Made by a program: the position numbers and the translations under genes. From the NCBI GenBank assembly GCA_002811645.1, contig PDIP01000112.1, positions 5,693 through 69,692 on the forward strand: a stretch of DNA of 64,000 nt, read 5' to 3'. This DNA is from Corallochytrium limacisporum Hawaii. Its lineage: Eukaryota; Protista; Pluriformea. Below the pieces are notes generated by a model. That model ran no database searches. It saw only the letters and a program-made list of their open reading frames with translations, and was not told where the DNA came from. This document shows, piece after piece, positions 1 through 11,503 of this stretch (position 1 is its first letter; every line of letters starts with the position of its first letter).

Positions 1-540
1 CACGAGTGATGAAAGGAATCTTCTCCAAGATGGGATGATATAGAGGACTTTCGAAAACTTTCGTTGGTTGTGATGTATGCAGCACATTGGTGGACCACGT
101 CAACAAAACCTTCTGTTTTCAAGATGCTTGGGGTCTTGTATGTGTACTGTCATTCTGCCATGGCCACCTGATGGCAGCGTCGGTAGCTAAACGTAACGCG
201 ATGAGTCATAATCTGGAAACGTAAACATTAGGAGCGAATTGGCTGACGTACGTCACCAATTTCGAGTATCGGATGACCAGACAAATAGACATCGCAATTG
301 ACGGTCTGTGTCGGATACTACCACCACCGGAAATGTTTAAACGCAGCAGCCTTCAGACGCCATGATGAACATGAAGATAAAATCACATAAGAACCCTTAA
401 AGCCTCTGACTGATGCCGTTCATCTGGTCACAATTGCGGGTCACTTGATATGTTAGCACCGGAACAACTCAAGACAATGATCGCAACGTTATCGTTCGTT
501 TAATCAAGAGATCTCGTTTCCATGGACTGATTACTGCATA

Positions 541-590
541 AACTGTGATGCCATGGCAAAGGAAAAACTGTGATGCCATGGCAAAGGAAA
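541..590. repeat. Perfect 25-bp tandem duplication (AACTGTGATGCCATGGCAAAGGAAA x2)
   Basis: 541-565 is identical to 566-590. Confidence 0.9.
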
Positions 591-2553
591 TAATTGTCAT
601 AATAGTTCAAGATCGCCTAGCATCTTTCTCAGGTAACGTAGACTTTGAAATCAGCTGAGGATCCCTGTCACATGGAGTGTTGGGGTTAATTTGTCGCCAG
701 ATTAGCTTCCTTTCAACGCTGTCAGAAGCGGCACTCACGTGCAATGTACCTGTCCAATTTCCCCGAGACACATGTTCTACCCTCGATACATAGAGAAAGC
801 TGATAACTCTTCAGCATACATCCTTCTGTTCTTGTGGACAACAGGAGACTGTGAACTGAACCTGTTGTTAATGATGCGTCATGGTATGGTGTGTATTGTT
901 TGGGTCCATGGAATATCTGGAGGACCCTTCCTGACGATGTCAGCCTCTCCTTGTGCTTCAAACATGTTCGTCACGTAGAGAGGAGAACAAAGCAGTTAGT
1001 CGGTCCAAAGGCACTACATGTGTCGCCCATTCGACATGCAAGTTTTTGGCAATGGCCAAGTGCTGGTATTCGAAACCTTTGCTAGCATCCTCTCCAAATG
1101 TATTTAAGTGGTAAGTCGACTATCCACTTGTGTTCGCTCGACTCAAGGAAAGATCGTGCAGTTTACAGCAGGACGCCAAAGGTACAGAACTCAAATTTAG
1201 GGTCCATTTCTATTCTATACTATGTCTGCTACTGCTGTCATTATCTTTATTCTGGAGGCTGTTGACAATACCTCCCGGAAAACTTCTAGTCGGAAGTGAA
1301 ACCCGATTCCTTTGTGTATGCCTGCCAAATTCTCTCACAGCACATCCCACAAAACAAGGTACCATCGTATAGTGGAAGTTCCGACGTTCGGTTTCAACAG
1401 GCTGGAGTCTTATGCGACGATCCCGTCGCGGTGCCTTGGTTTGGATTGCATGCGTTGGGATATGTAGCTCGACAACCTCACCAAGGAATTGTGTAGAAAT
1501 GTTATCGAACGACCTAACTGAGAGTGACGGCTCACACTCCGGCTCAATCGCAAGGAGCAAAGCACAATGCGGTAAACTGGTTCAGGAAACCAAAAAAATA
1601 ATTCCCATGTCCGTACCACCATCGGAAGAATTGGCGACGTATCAGAGTATGGCATGTGGAATACTCAGTATGTGAAAGGAAATCATGGGAGCAAGTCCTT
1701 TTCGACACCGATCCTCTGCTCGTCCATTGCGCCTTCCTTGGCGCAGGCCTTCTTTCCTCTTCCTACCAACCTTTTTTTTTTTTCCCAACACCCTTTTGTC
1801 CTTCTCCCCGTCCCAACTGTAGTTTCTTTGTTCTTAGTGAACCAGTGCCATTCTTAGATGCGAGTGCATTTGTATTTGAATATGAACAAGAAAGCTACCA
1901 GTCCTAAAACTACCGCAGTAAAAGCTTTCCACCAACCCCCATCAATCCTGCAGGGAATTTCTCTTGCCTGGCTCCCGGTCTCATTTTTTACTTTCTGGGT
2001 CCCCCGTCCTTGCGTGTGGACGCGCGTTCGCCTGCTCTTAGTGAAAGTTTCCACCATTTTGCCCATTGGTTCCAAACCAAGTTTCGCAGAGAATTCGGCC
2101 CCAGACCATTCGGACCCTTCAAATGCGTCCGCTGGTGGTTTTCCTCTGTGACTTGAGATTGCGCGAGGATTTTTTGGGAACATACCTGTGCTCATGTACG
2201 CATGTATTGGTGAAGAAGAAACCGCGTTCTGCAAAAGTTCGGTATGATGCCATCCATTTCCGACAAAGCCTGTGGAGACTAGCTTTACTCCAATACTTGC
2301 CACCAAGGTGAAGATGTTCCCCGATGGGTCTCCTCGGCAAACGGCTTTCTTGAGAAATGTAGTGCGACGGCCCCCTACGTCATGCCCAAAGGTGTCCCTG
2401 ATGACACCTACTCTGGCATTGGTTCCCGTTCTGGAGTCCAGAAGGTGTTTTCTGAGTCCAACGGTATGCTCAGCGTAGCGCTCGATCTTGGGTTGACCAG
2501 ACGAGGCCTGTCTTTTTTAGAGTGTACTTGACGAAGACTTGCCTGATCTCAAT

Positions 2554-3324
2554 ATGAAGCCAGGCTTTGTTTTCAAACTTGGAGCCTTTGTCAGCATGGC
2601 TAACGCATGCGTAAAGCAAGACGGTTTGTGCACAGATGGATCTCAGTACTGTGACTACAATAGCTGCATCTTTGCTTTAGATGCTGATACGGACGAGTAC
2701 GTTGGCACGTGCCACGAAAGTACGGTCCGTCGCATGAACGCTCCCTGCGATTCCGATCGGTCTTGCTGGTCCAATCTCTGTGAAAAGGGCTACTGCGCTC
2801 CTCCTCCTGACAAAAATCAGAACGGCGTACTCTGCAATTTTGATGAGTCCTGCAATGGTGGCTGGTGTCTACCAAATGAAAATTCCAGAGAACATCCCGT
2901 TTGCAACGACCGTACATTGGACATTATCGATCCGGCGAAGTGGTCTGGTTGTGTTCCAGTTGAAGGTCACTGTACATCTGGATCCAATTGCTGTGACTTT
3001 TTTGGCTACCTGTATGCGGAAGACTCCGATGGTGGGTACACAGGGTATTGTACCAGGAATTTGCTTGACCCCGAATTCCGTCGTGTTAACTTCCCCTGCG
3101 ACAGCTCCAGTCAGTGCTTCACGAATCGATGCATAGATGGCTACTGCGCTAATAACACAGCTGTCAAAGGTAAAACTGGTGAGCCCTGTGCGTATGATGC
3201 CATGTGCAACTTAGGCTGGTGTCGACCTGCTGCAGACAAACCCGTGTGCGATGACCGGACCCAGGACCTGTTGATCCTGCAAAGTGGTAATAAGGCAAAT
3301 TTATCTTTGTACACTCAGTGGTAA
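2554..3324 (+). CDS. Secreted cysteine-rich protein with two ~110-120-aa internal repeats (C-x5-C-x4-C motifs)
   Basis: ATG at 2554 gives a signal-peptide-like MKPGFVFKLGAFVSMANA. Repeats align: CVKQDGLCTDGS..RRMNAPCDSDRSCWSNLCEKGYCA..PVCNDRTLD vs CVPVEGHCTSGS..RRVNFPCDSSSQCFTNRCIDGYCA..PVCDDRTQD. Confidence 0.8.
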   Translation: MKPGFVFKLGAFVSMANACVKQDGLCTDGSQYCDYNSCIFALDADTDEYVGTCHESTVRRMNAPCDSDRSCWSNLCEKGYCAPPPDKNQNGVLCNFDESCNGGWCLPNENSREHPVCNDRTLDIIDPAKWSGCVPVEGHCTSGSNCCDFFGYLYAEDSDGGYTGYCTRNLLDPEFRRVNFPCDSSSQCFTNRCIDGYCANNTAVKGKTGEPCAYDAMCNLGWCRPAADKPVCDDRTQDLLILQSGNKANLSLYTQW

Positions 3325-4167
3325 TTTGATGCATCCATGAACGACTTGTCAGAAGACTGTGAACCTTGGTTCTGTTGACTTCATAGTTGTCCTTGTAAGT
3401 CCCGGATGATTCTCCAGAAGCCCAGAACTTGCGCTATACCACCATACAACACTTGGGAAAACGAGTTTTGGAAGTTTGGAACGAGTCAGGACAGAATGAC
3501 TTGGACAGGGGAAATGGGCCTATAGGAATACCAAACCGAAAGTACCAAAAGTGGAATCGTGGATTTGCCTATGGTGTTTGGCAACTCTTGTTGTGCGATT
3601 TCCTCATACCATGGCCCGGCATGGAATTTTTCCGCCACCCTCTTAGCTAACACCCATGGCAGACTTATGTACAACAATCAGTCTGCATCATAGGGTAGTC
3701 CCATACGCACCATACAGGAGATGTCCTGACACACCCCGGCCCGTGTCACAAGGGCCATTGCCCTTGCAGTGACTCTGGATCCTCCAGAGATGAAAAACAC
3801 TGAAGGAAAACAACCGTTACTGAATTTTAGTAAAATTGTAATGCATGGCGAGTTCGTCCCTGGATTGAGATGTTGACCGGTTATACGACCCATGCGTGCG
3901 TTCCCGATCGGCCGTGGGTGACGACACCGAAAATGTCTTCCACCGTTAGCAGAACTTTGGTATAGAAACGAGCGACTCGTGTTGAAATTTTCTCATCCAA
4001 GATTGACGTAACGGACAATTGGTTTTAAAACTCATCCCTCCTGGTGATTCTACGTACGCGTATTATGGATGCAATGTCATTGCTGCCAAGGCGGCAACGC
4101 CAGACATTACCCCCAAGGTCATGAGCAAACAGAAATTTGCTGGTGAGGTACCTTATGGAATCAGAAA

Positions 4168-4692
4168 TTAACAGTCCTGAGTACCGGCATCATTAACAGC
4201 ATAGGTAACAGTGCACTGGAAGCAGTTGTCACTGAAAGTCATGTGCATGTCAGGGTCTAGCGTGTTAGCGCTGATCTGACCCCACTGCTCGAATGACTTT
4301 TTGGATGGTGCGTGTTTAGAGGACTTCGTCTCGAGGATGACTCCCATCGCAAGATTAGTGTCCGCGGCAACAGTTTGACGTGGTGTAAGGCTCGTGATCC
4401 AAACTACATCCGAAAACGTTTGTGCAGGAAGGTGGGCACTGGTAGCCCAAGATTCAAACGAGTACATAGTGACAGCACCCTGCATTGATACAGCGCCATT
4501 AGCGCCAGGGCAACCTGTAGCCGTTTTCTGAACACACTCCACTTGGGTGACAATCACATTGTGGTTAGAAGTGCAAGAAGGATCATCGGCCACATTATCA
4601 ACTTGAGTAGAGTCAACGTCCGCAACGGCAGCAGCGTTAGTGCCACCGACTACGGCAAGAGCAAGGACTGCGATGGTGCTGATGAAATTCAT
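4168..4692 (-). CDS. Secreted protein of unknown function (174 aa, 6 Cys)
   Basis: ATG at 4692 gives a clear signal peptide (MNFISTIAVLALAVVGGTNA). A TATA-like TATTTAAAGG lies about 75 nt upstream. The upstream extension in the ORF track looks spurious. Confidence 0.75.
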   Translation of the reverse strand: MNFISTIAVLALAVVGGTNAAAVADVDSTQVDNVADDPSCTSNHNVIVTQVECVQKTATGCPGANGAVSMQGAVTMYSFESWATSAHLPAQTFSDVVWITSLTPRQTVAADTNLAMGVILETKSSKHAPSKKSFEQWGQISANTLDPDMHMTFSDNCFQCTVTYAVNDAGTQDC

Positions 4693-7393
4693 GATTGCTT
4701 GGCTAAGTTTAGAACAGTCTACGTATAACAACACTACATCTCCCTTAGGGATGCGATTGTGCTCCTTTAAATACCCGTGGGCGGTGTGTTCTCTTAAACT
4801 GCTCTCAACATTATTTTGTGTGTCTGCTACTGTGCACATGACGAGGAAGGTACCGTTTGCCACAGCTTCTAGCTTATCACTTCCCGTGAGTGGGATCCAG
4901 ATGCAATGACTCAGAAGCGGGGGAGGGGCAGACCCTCCCTTTCTATAGGGGGAAAGCTGACGGTGCCCCAGATTGGTAAAAAGTGACGACCAGTGTGAGC
5001 TGGCTGACCCTAAGACTCACGGAGATTATGTCGTGTGATAGCGTCAGTCCGCAGTACAAGGATTTGCTTGGAATGCCTTTGCTTGCGATTTCCCTTGCAT
5101 CTCAAAGTATTCCCCATCCAAATTGACATTCTTCAAGAGTTTTGGATCATTGATTTTGTATATTTCTCCGCAAGTAAGTACATTCACGGATACTGCACGT
5201 CATCATCGGCATTGCCTTCAGCGTCCGTCACAGCTTGCTGGACCACTGTTGCAGCGAATAAATCCCAATGTCATCTGTCGCCCAAAAATAAACATTGTTG
5301 TCAACAGTACGTCCCCACGAGACACAGCAAAAACCAAAGAATAATGAAAGGGAGCGCCACAGTGTGCAACTACCTGTACAATAGCTTTTTTTTGCTCGAA
5401 CAAGCAAAGGGTAGCCAATCTTTGTCCACATTCGAGGGGGTAGCACTGTACGGAAAACCTTCGAATGTGTGTGTCTTGTGGCAACTGCGTTCGTAGTTTC
5501 CCGTGAAAGTGAATCCTACAAAGTAGTGCACTTGGGCAAATTTGGCAACTGTTCCACTGCAAATCACCACCAGTAGTCAATTTAAAAAAACATTGTACAA
5601 TTGTTCAAGCCCAAATTCAGCTAAATGCCATTGTTTACACGGATATCAAGAAAAGAGATCGCTCAATAGTAGCAACGGCGCATAGATCCAACAGGCCGTT
5701 TTTTTGGTAGCAGGTCATCCGCTGGCATCGGTACGATTATTAGGCATATTGTCCACGGTAGATTGCAAAATTGGAACACCCTGAACGTAATGGCGTAATT
5801 GTTCATATTTTCGCCATGGGCTACCGAGACCCGGCCAGCGAATTCGAAGGAAATAAAATATTGGGCGGTGCGGTTGAACTTTTGGTGGCAAGGATCGCAA
5901 AGAAAGCGTTCTCGAGGGCACACATAGTCCAGTGTAATAGCAAACGAGTGTTATATTGTCACATTTTGAGCGCATACAACAGTACATACCTGATCGCGGC
6001 ACTGCCAGATCATTTGGTTTGCGTGCTGCGCTGCGCGTCCTTATTCGTTTGTGGTTCCTCAATACATTTGAAACAATCGGTCAGGAACGCACACACGGCA
6101 CCTCATTCTTAAACAATGTACACTGATCAGACCCAGGTGGATTCTAGATGGCGCTAACCAGTCCCAGCCGCCTGTTCAGGCTCAGTTGCAAGCCGCTACA
6201 CACATGTCTTGACATGGTCAGAAAGGTCAGTCTTGTCATAAACGTGTCATCCTGGGCACATCCCCTGGGCGTCTGAGTAGACGCACGGCTATACACAGGT
6301 TGAGTACAACTTCGCAAAATTATTAGTACATGGTTAGAAACCGATATGTACCGCAAGGTTGTCGGCGAGCCTCTGTTCAATCGAAGTCATTTCCGAAGTA
6401 GAAGGGCAGCAATGTCTCGGCCACGAAAATTGGAAAATTCCATTGGTCATGGCTGTGGCAGCAAGGAATCTTCAGGGGCAACATGCCCAGTCTGTCAGGC
6501 TTGCAAATGAAGGCGCCCTTTCCCTGTAGTAACAGAGTGTACTTGTGTACTGAAAATTTGACCTTGCAAGTGTAGTGTTCAAAATCACTTCATCATCTAT
6601 TCACTGGCGTTTGGCAGTGGCATGGCCTATTGCATAGGTTCATGTTCAATCTGGGCTTCTTTTGACAGGCGTAGCCACGCACTGGGCCAGACGACCGAAC
6701 GACTTGCTGCTGGATGGTGGAATGTGTTATGTCTCGCCGTGCATGAGAGATTGGTATTGAAACGTAGGTTCCAAGAACCATGGGATACCACAAGAGGAAA
6801 GAAAGTCATTGGCATAGTGTGATATCATAGATTTGTCATCGATGTCTTGAGAATCGCAAACTATGAATAGAGTTGGGTGTAAAGCTAAGGCTTTCGCCAC
6901 TTTGCTGTAAATTCACCTGTAGGCCTAGTCAAGTGAGGGAGATTCTGACCAATCAGCGCCCACTATTGATCCCTCCCTGACGAATGGTGCGCTCCCGGGA
7001 GAGGGAAAGACCAAGGTTGGGATTAGGTCCTTAGCCATTCTCTCAGTTTTCAAACCCTCCCTTCACTGGGGGGGGGGGGTGTCAAGAGTACGGAGCCATT
7101 TGATCGAACGGAGCGTGCCACTATGCCCCACCTCAATCTCGGATTCTCTCGGCTTTGAGGCGGGTATCCATAGCAAAGACTCCCCTTCCGGGGCCTGGCT
7201 CGCCCCCGGCGCTTCCGAGCAAAGGAAGGCGTTCCCCTAATCTACTCTACGCAACAGGAGCTCTCCTTCGGGCAGTGGGTATCTTGGTAAGAATTTAAGG
7301 CCATTCTAGGTACTTTAGACATTTGACTAGGAATCCAATCTGTGCCGTTGAAGCTAAACAAATGAACACCCCGGACCGTCAAAAGAATTTAAG

Positions 7394-8938
7394 ATGTCAA
7401 CGACAACAGTTTTTCAGGCGGCCAGGGAAGGCGACCTGTCAGCCTTAGAGTCTTGGATTCGGCATACGGAAAATTATAATCTGACAGATTCACATGGATT
7501 CACAGTTCTACACTGGGTGTGCCGCAACAACCATGTGGATGTGCTTGAGCTCATGATATCGTTTTGCAAATTAGGGATGGATGTGGAGAAACGGGCGCAA
7601 TCTGGAGATACTGCACTGTTGTTGGCCTCACAGTTCGGGAACGCTCGGGTTGTGTCTCTTCTGATTGATGCGCTTGGAGCTGATCCAGATGCTGTCAATG
7701 CGTTCGGAAACAGTGGACTTCACTATGCTACAATCAGGCGCAATAAAGAGCTGTCGGAAATCCTCATCAAAAATGGATGTCGCCTGGCTCGAGTAAACGC
7801 GGAAGGATTGAGAGCGTCTGCGTTGAGACCTGACCATGACACTGACTTCACGCTTAGCTTAGAAACTATGGCCAAAGACCTGGGTCAAGATCTAACCGAG
7901 GATATTCATGCAGATCTGAGCGCTTTTGAGACACGATTTGTGGGTGCTGGGTTTGGAAGAGACACTAATGAACATCCACGTGCGTCTGGCGTTGTAGAAG
8001 TAACCGTAACGCCGTCTGAGGTCATTAACAATAGTCTATCAGGTGTATTCGAAAAGCTGGAACCAGAAGATATTGATATCCTAGCGGATGAGTCCACTAT
8101 TGAAACCGCAAACAGGGTAGTGGAGACTTTCATGGGCACCGGATACTTCGGAAAGGTTACAGCTTACGAAAAGTTTAACATGAAGCATCCCGTGCAGGTC
8201 CTGGTGACTTTCACTTCTGCCCCACTCTATGCACGCATGGGTATGGATACCTTTAATGACGAGATCACGGGTATGCAAAGGGCCACACAACGCCACGTTT
8301 CAAAGGTTTGGAAGGTGTTTTCAGAGCATCGCCTCTTACCAATTGTGGAAGTCTGTGGAATTGGGTCGGTTCCGCTACGTCATATCGTTCAGCAGGACCC
8401 TCAGGAGGCAAAGATTGGGGGTGAATTTGTCACTGTGCATGGTGCTACTGAGCTTGGTATCACACTTTGCGGGGCCATTCAGCATATGCATTCCCTGAGT
8501 CAACCTGTGGTGCATATGAATCTGAACGCGGAGACAGTGTACGTCGATCACCATGGCATGCCTGTGATTTCGTTGGGAAGTGCACTCTTCAAGCATACTG
8601 CTGAAGCTCAATTGATGGTGGAGAAGGCCCAGTTCCTAGCCCCTGAAGTCTTGCGCGGCGATGCCCTCGGTGGAGTCCTGAACAAAGACAATGCGCCAGC
8701 AGATATCTATGGCTTGGGCATTATTCTTTGGCAAGCTTTGCACCGCGGCAAAGATCCATATCCAGATCTCAATGCGACTGAGATAGGATGGGAAGTAATT
8801 CTGAAAGGTTTGCGTCCAGAAATTGACGAAGAGCGTTGCCCGCGGAACTTTGCCCGTCTTCTGAAACTGACTTGGAATGCGCAAGGGGAAAGAAGACCTA
8901 GCATCGATCAAATTCTGCAAGTGCTCGAGAAACTTTAA
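7394..8938 (+). CDS. ILK: Integrin-linked kinase homologue (ankyrin repeats + pseudokinase)
   Basis: Ankyrin repeats (DSHGFTVLHWVC, GDTALLLAS, VNAFGNSGLHYA). Kinase fold lacks HRD and DFG (HMNLN, ISLGS) but keeps APE. The C-lobe PYPDLNATEIGWEVILKGLRPEI resembles ILK. Confidence 0.88.
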   Translation: MSTTTVFQAAREGDLSALESWIRHTENYNLTDSHGFTVLHWVCRNNHVDVLELMISFCKLGMDVEKRAQSGDTALLLASQFGNARVVSLLIDALGADPDAVNAFGNSGLHYATIRRNKELSEILIKNGCRLARVNAEGLRASALRPDHDTDFTLSLETMAKDLGQDLTEDIHADLSAFETRFVGAGFGRDTNEHPRASGVVEVTVTPSEVINNSLSGVFEKLEPEDIDILADESTIETANRVVETFMGTGYFGKVTAYEKFNMKHPVQVLVTFTSAPLYARMGMDTFNDEITGMQRATQRHVSKVWKVFSEHRLLPIVEVCGIGSVPLRHIVQQDPQEAKIGGEFVTVHGATELGITLCGAIQHMHSLSQPVVHMNLNAETVYVDHHGMPVISLGSALFKHTAEAQLMVEKAQFLAPEVLRGDALGGVLNKDNAPADIYGLGIILWQALHRGKDPYPDLNATEIGWEVILKGLRPEIDEERCPRNFARLLKLTWNAQGERRPSIDQILQVLEKL

Positions 8939-9005
8939 GAACTGTTTCTGGCGCGCCGAATGCAATTTATGTGTTGAAGCCGTATTAAAGAATACAATAA
9001 TCTCT

Positions 9006-9464
9006 TTACTCATCATCGTCCGGTTCACTATTTGCTACATCAGGAGCACTGGCAGTACCAGCTGTCCCACTGAAGAGATTGCCGAAGAGACTTGACAGCT
9101 GCTGTATTGCAGATGGCTCGTTACTTCCAGGGTATATTGGCTTCCTTAGGAACCGCTTTTTGTCCGCTTCAGCGATAACCTCCTTGATGCCGTCAATGAA
9201 AGGCTTTGAGCTCTGAAATGTTGCATGTTCAAGATCGTTATATGTTTCAGCAATATCTGGAATTCGGAAATTTTGTTCAATATACATTCCTGAGACTATG
9301 CCCAGCATAACGCCGCCCATCAATGCCTTGTTGACCTTCGCTAACAAGAATCCTGCCGCGAAGGATTTAACCCAAAATGGTACCAAAACCTCTTCATCAT
9401 CTCTACGCGATGAAGAATTCAGCCTCCGCCTGCCATAAGGGCTATTATTGTCGCCGGATACCAT
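9006..9464 (-). CDS. Small membrane protein, STMP1/SLC35A4-uORF (DUF4535)-like, 152 aa
   Basis: ATG at 9464. Hydrophobic segment PFWVKSFAAGFLLAKVNKALMGGVMLGIVSGMYIEQNFRIPDI ends in the family-like G-x-Y-x-x-Q-N-x-x-x-P motif. Confidence 0.7.
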   Translation of the reverse strand: MVSGDNNSPYGRRRLNSSSRRDDEEVLVPFWVKSFAAGFLLAKVNKALMGGVMLGIVSGMYIEQNFRIPDIAETYNDLEHATFQSSKPFIDGIKEVIAEADKKRFLRKPIYPGSNEPSAIQQLSSLFGNLFSGTAGTASAPDVANSEPDDDE

Positions 9465-11503
9465 AGTGTGATAACTATATGGTGTGTGCCTCAATACTTG
9501 ACCAATATCATACCAACTTGTCTGCTTACCGCATTTTGTCTTTGATCCCAAATTATTGTACACAATCTTCAAGGGTCATCATACTTTGGCGTGGGGAATA
9601 GCTTGTGAAATAGTTTAACCAGTCCTACTCCAGCTGTAAGGAAGGAACTCCAACAGTGTTGCCGTAGACCCCTACCAAGCAGTCTGCAGCCGGGCAGTCA
9701 CCGGGTCGTAGAAAATGGGAGGGGATTAAGCAAATCAAGAACTCAGTACCAATGGTATTGGAAGGGGAAACCAGAAAGGGAGGAGTAACCCGCCAACTGG
9801 TTGTAGACTAGTGTTTTTTTTCCTGTTCCAGCAGTCGTCATTTATTTTTTTCTTAGTCTTTTCGCCTAGCGCGACGCTGTGAGAGATGAGATCAGTATAT
9901 ATAACCCGAGAACGACTTCCGCACCGCCAAGAGCCCCAGGCCTTCCCGGTCTTATCCCGTTGGAAGCGTTCGTCACAACGAACTAGGTGGGGAAGAATCC
10001 CTGTACAAGAGAACGAGGGTGCGGTAAGTGTTCTTGGCTATTGAACACTGTGGTGTTGGCCCACAGCGGGAGTAGAGGGACGTGCAGTAGTGATGGGTCA
10101 GAGTTGTAAACCAAGATAATTGTGAGAGAGCGTCCAGCCATGAGGAGATATGAGGGACGCGTTCGGACTGGAGGCGTGTACATTAGAGAAGTACGGGTGA
10201 ATACGAGTGGCTCTGGAGGAAGCGCGAAAAGGTTTAGTCACGTCGAGGACAAGGAAAACGAATTCGATGATGTGGAAAGGGAGAGAGTAAACCTCCGATA
10301 GAATGAGCGTGTCTACGCCCCCCGGCGAGTATTGCTGTCCAGTCCTCTGATAAGTCGTCGGATTCCCCGTTCTTGCTCGAGACGGCATCGCAAGTGCGAA
10401 ACTTATGGAAATGACATGCAGATCACCAACCCAAGCCGGGCAGGCCGCGGTCATTTGGATGGCACGATCCGTAGCAAGTCGAACTTAGAACCTTCGTCCT
10501 TCAACAGTGTCCGGCGTGATAGCCTTGCACTAAGTTTAAGAATCATCTGTGATTCCGAGGTTAGAATAACAATAAAACTTCGCCACTATATTACGCAAAC
10601 CCCAGAGAAGAGAGGCAGCCCCTCTGGAGTGCGGTTGCCGTGCATATCCTACTGTTTTGGAAACGACCTATTGTGTGAGCGAGCTATACACGCAGCCCAA
10701 CGTCACGTTGAATAGACTGGGCCGTCGGCATCAGGGTCATGAGAGGAGAGACTACTTTTTTTAAAGATATCGGTGCCCTAAATAGACATACCTCAACGTC
10801 GTTAGAAAAGTGTCTGTAAAATCTCAACGACGATTTGCAGGTGGTTCAACTTTCAAATGTGTAATTTGAAAAGCGGAACTACACTTAGGTTAAACCGGGC
10901 AATTCTCGCGACCGTGCGCAAACACTCCCACGAGAACCGTACGCCAACCAGACCTTAGGGTTAGAAGGCTGACGATGTCACGCAATGGACATCGCCCTTC
11001 ACATGGCTCCATGTCCCGAAAAAGCTCTCTCTAGATCTATTTCCCAGTCAGGAAGCTGCAAGACACGTTCTTCCGTGAGCCATTCACAATTGTTCAGTGC
11101 ACGTTTAATTTCAAAAACCTTGCTAAAGACACCTGTGTATTCCCACCAGAGTTTCTTCTAAGCCACACAGCGTGCTAGCTTTTCTCAAGAATCAAACATC
11201 CCTTTCGGTTGTTGTATTCTTCAAAGACTCTGAGCGGCCTCTGTGGATACCGACAGACTGCGCTTATGTTGTCCGAAAGGGTCGGGGTCTCAGGTGAACC
11301 CCAAAATTTTCGCGCCCAAAATATGCACACACATACACACACCCCCACCAAGCGTTCCATCAACAAATCTATGGTGCGGGTCGCCAGTAGCAGCAGTCTA
11401 CTACAACAACAGCACCTTGCCAACGTACAGAGAATGCTAGCTACTTTCTATTCGTCTCTTAATTCTCTTGCTCACACTGGAGCACCATTATGTATACATG
11501 ATT

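Noticed and set aside
1-2530. Coding-like fragments at the window start, and similar ones at 47880-48300 and 63100-63900
   Set aside because: Stops in all frames and no identifiable homology.
10955-10964. TTAGGGTTAG telomere-like motif
   Set aside because: Fewer than two copies; expected by chance.
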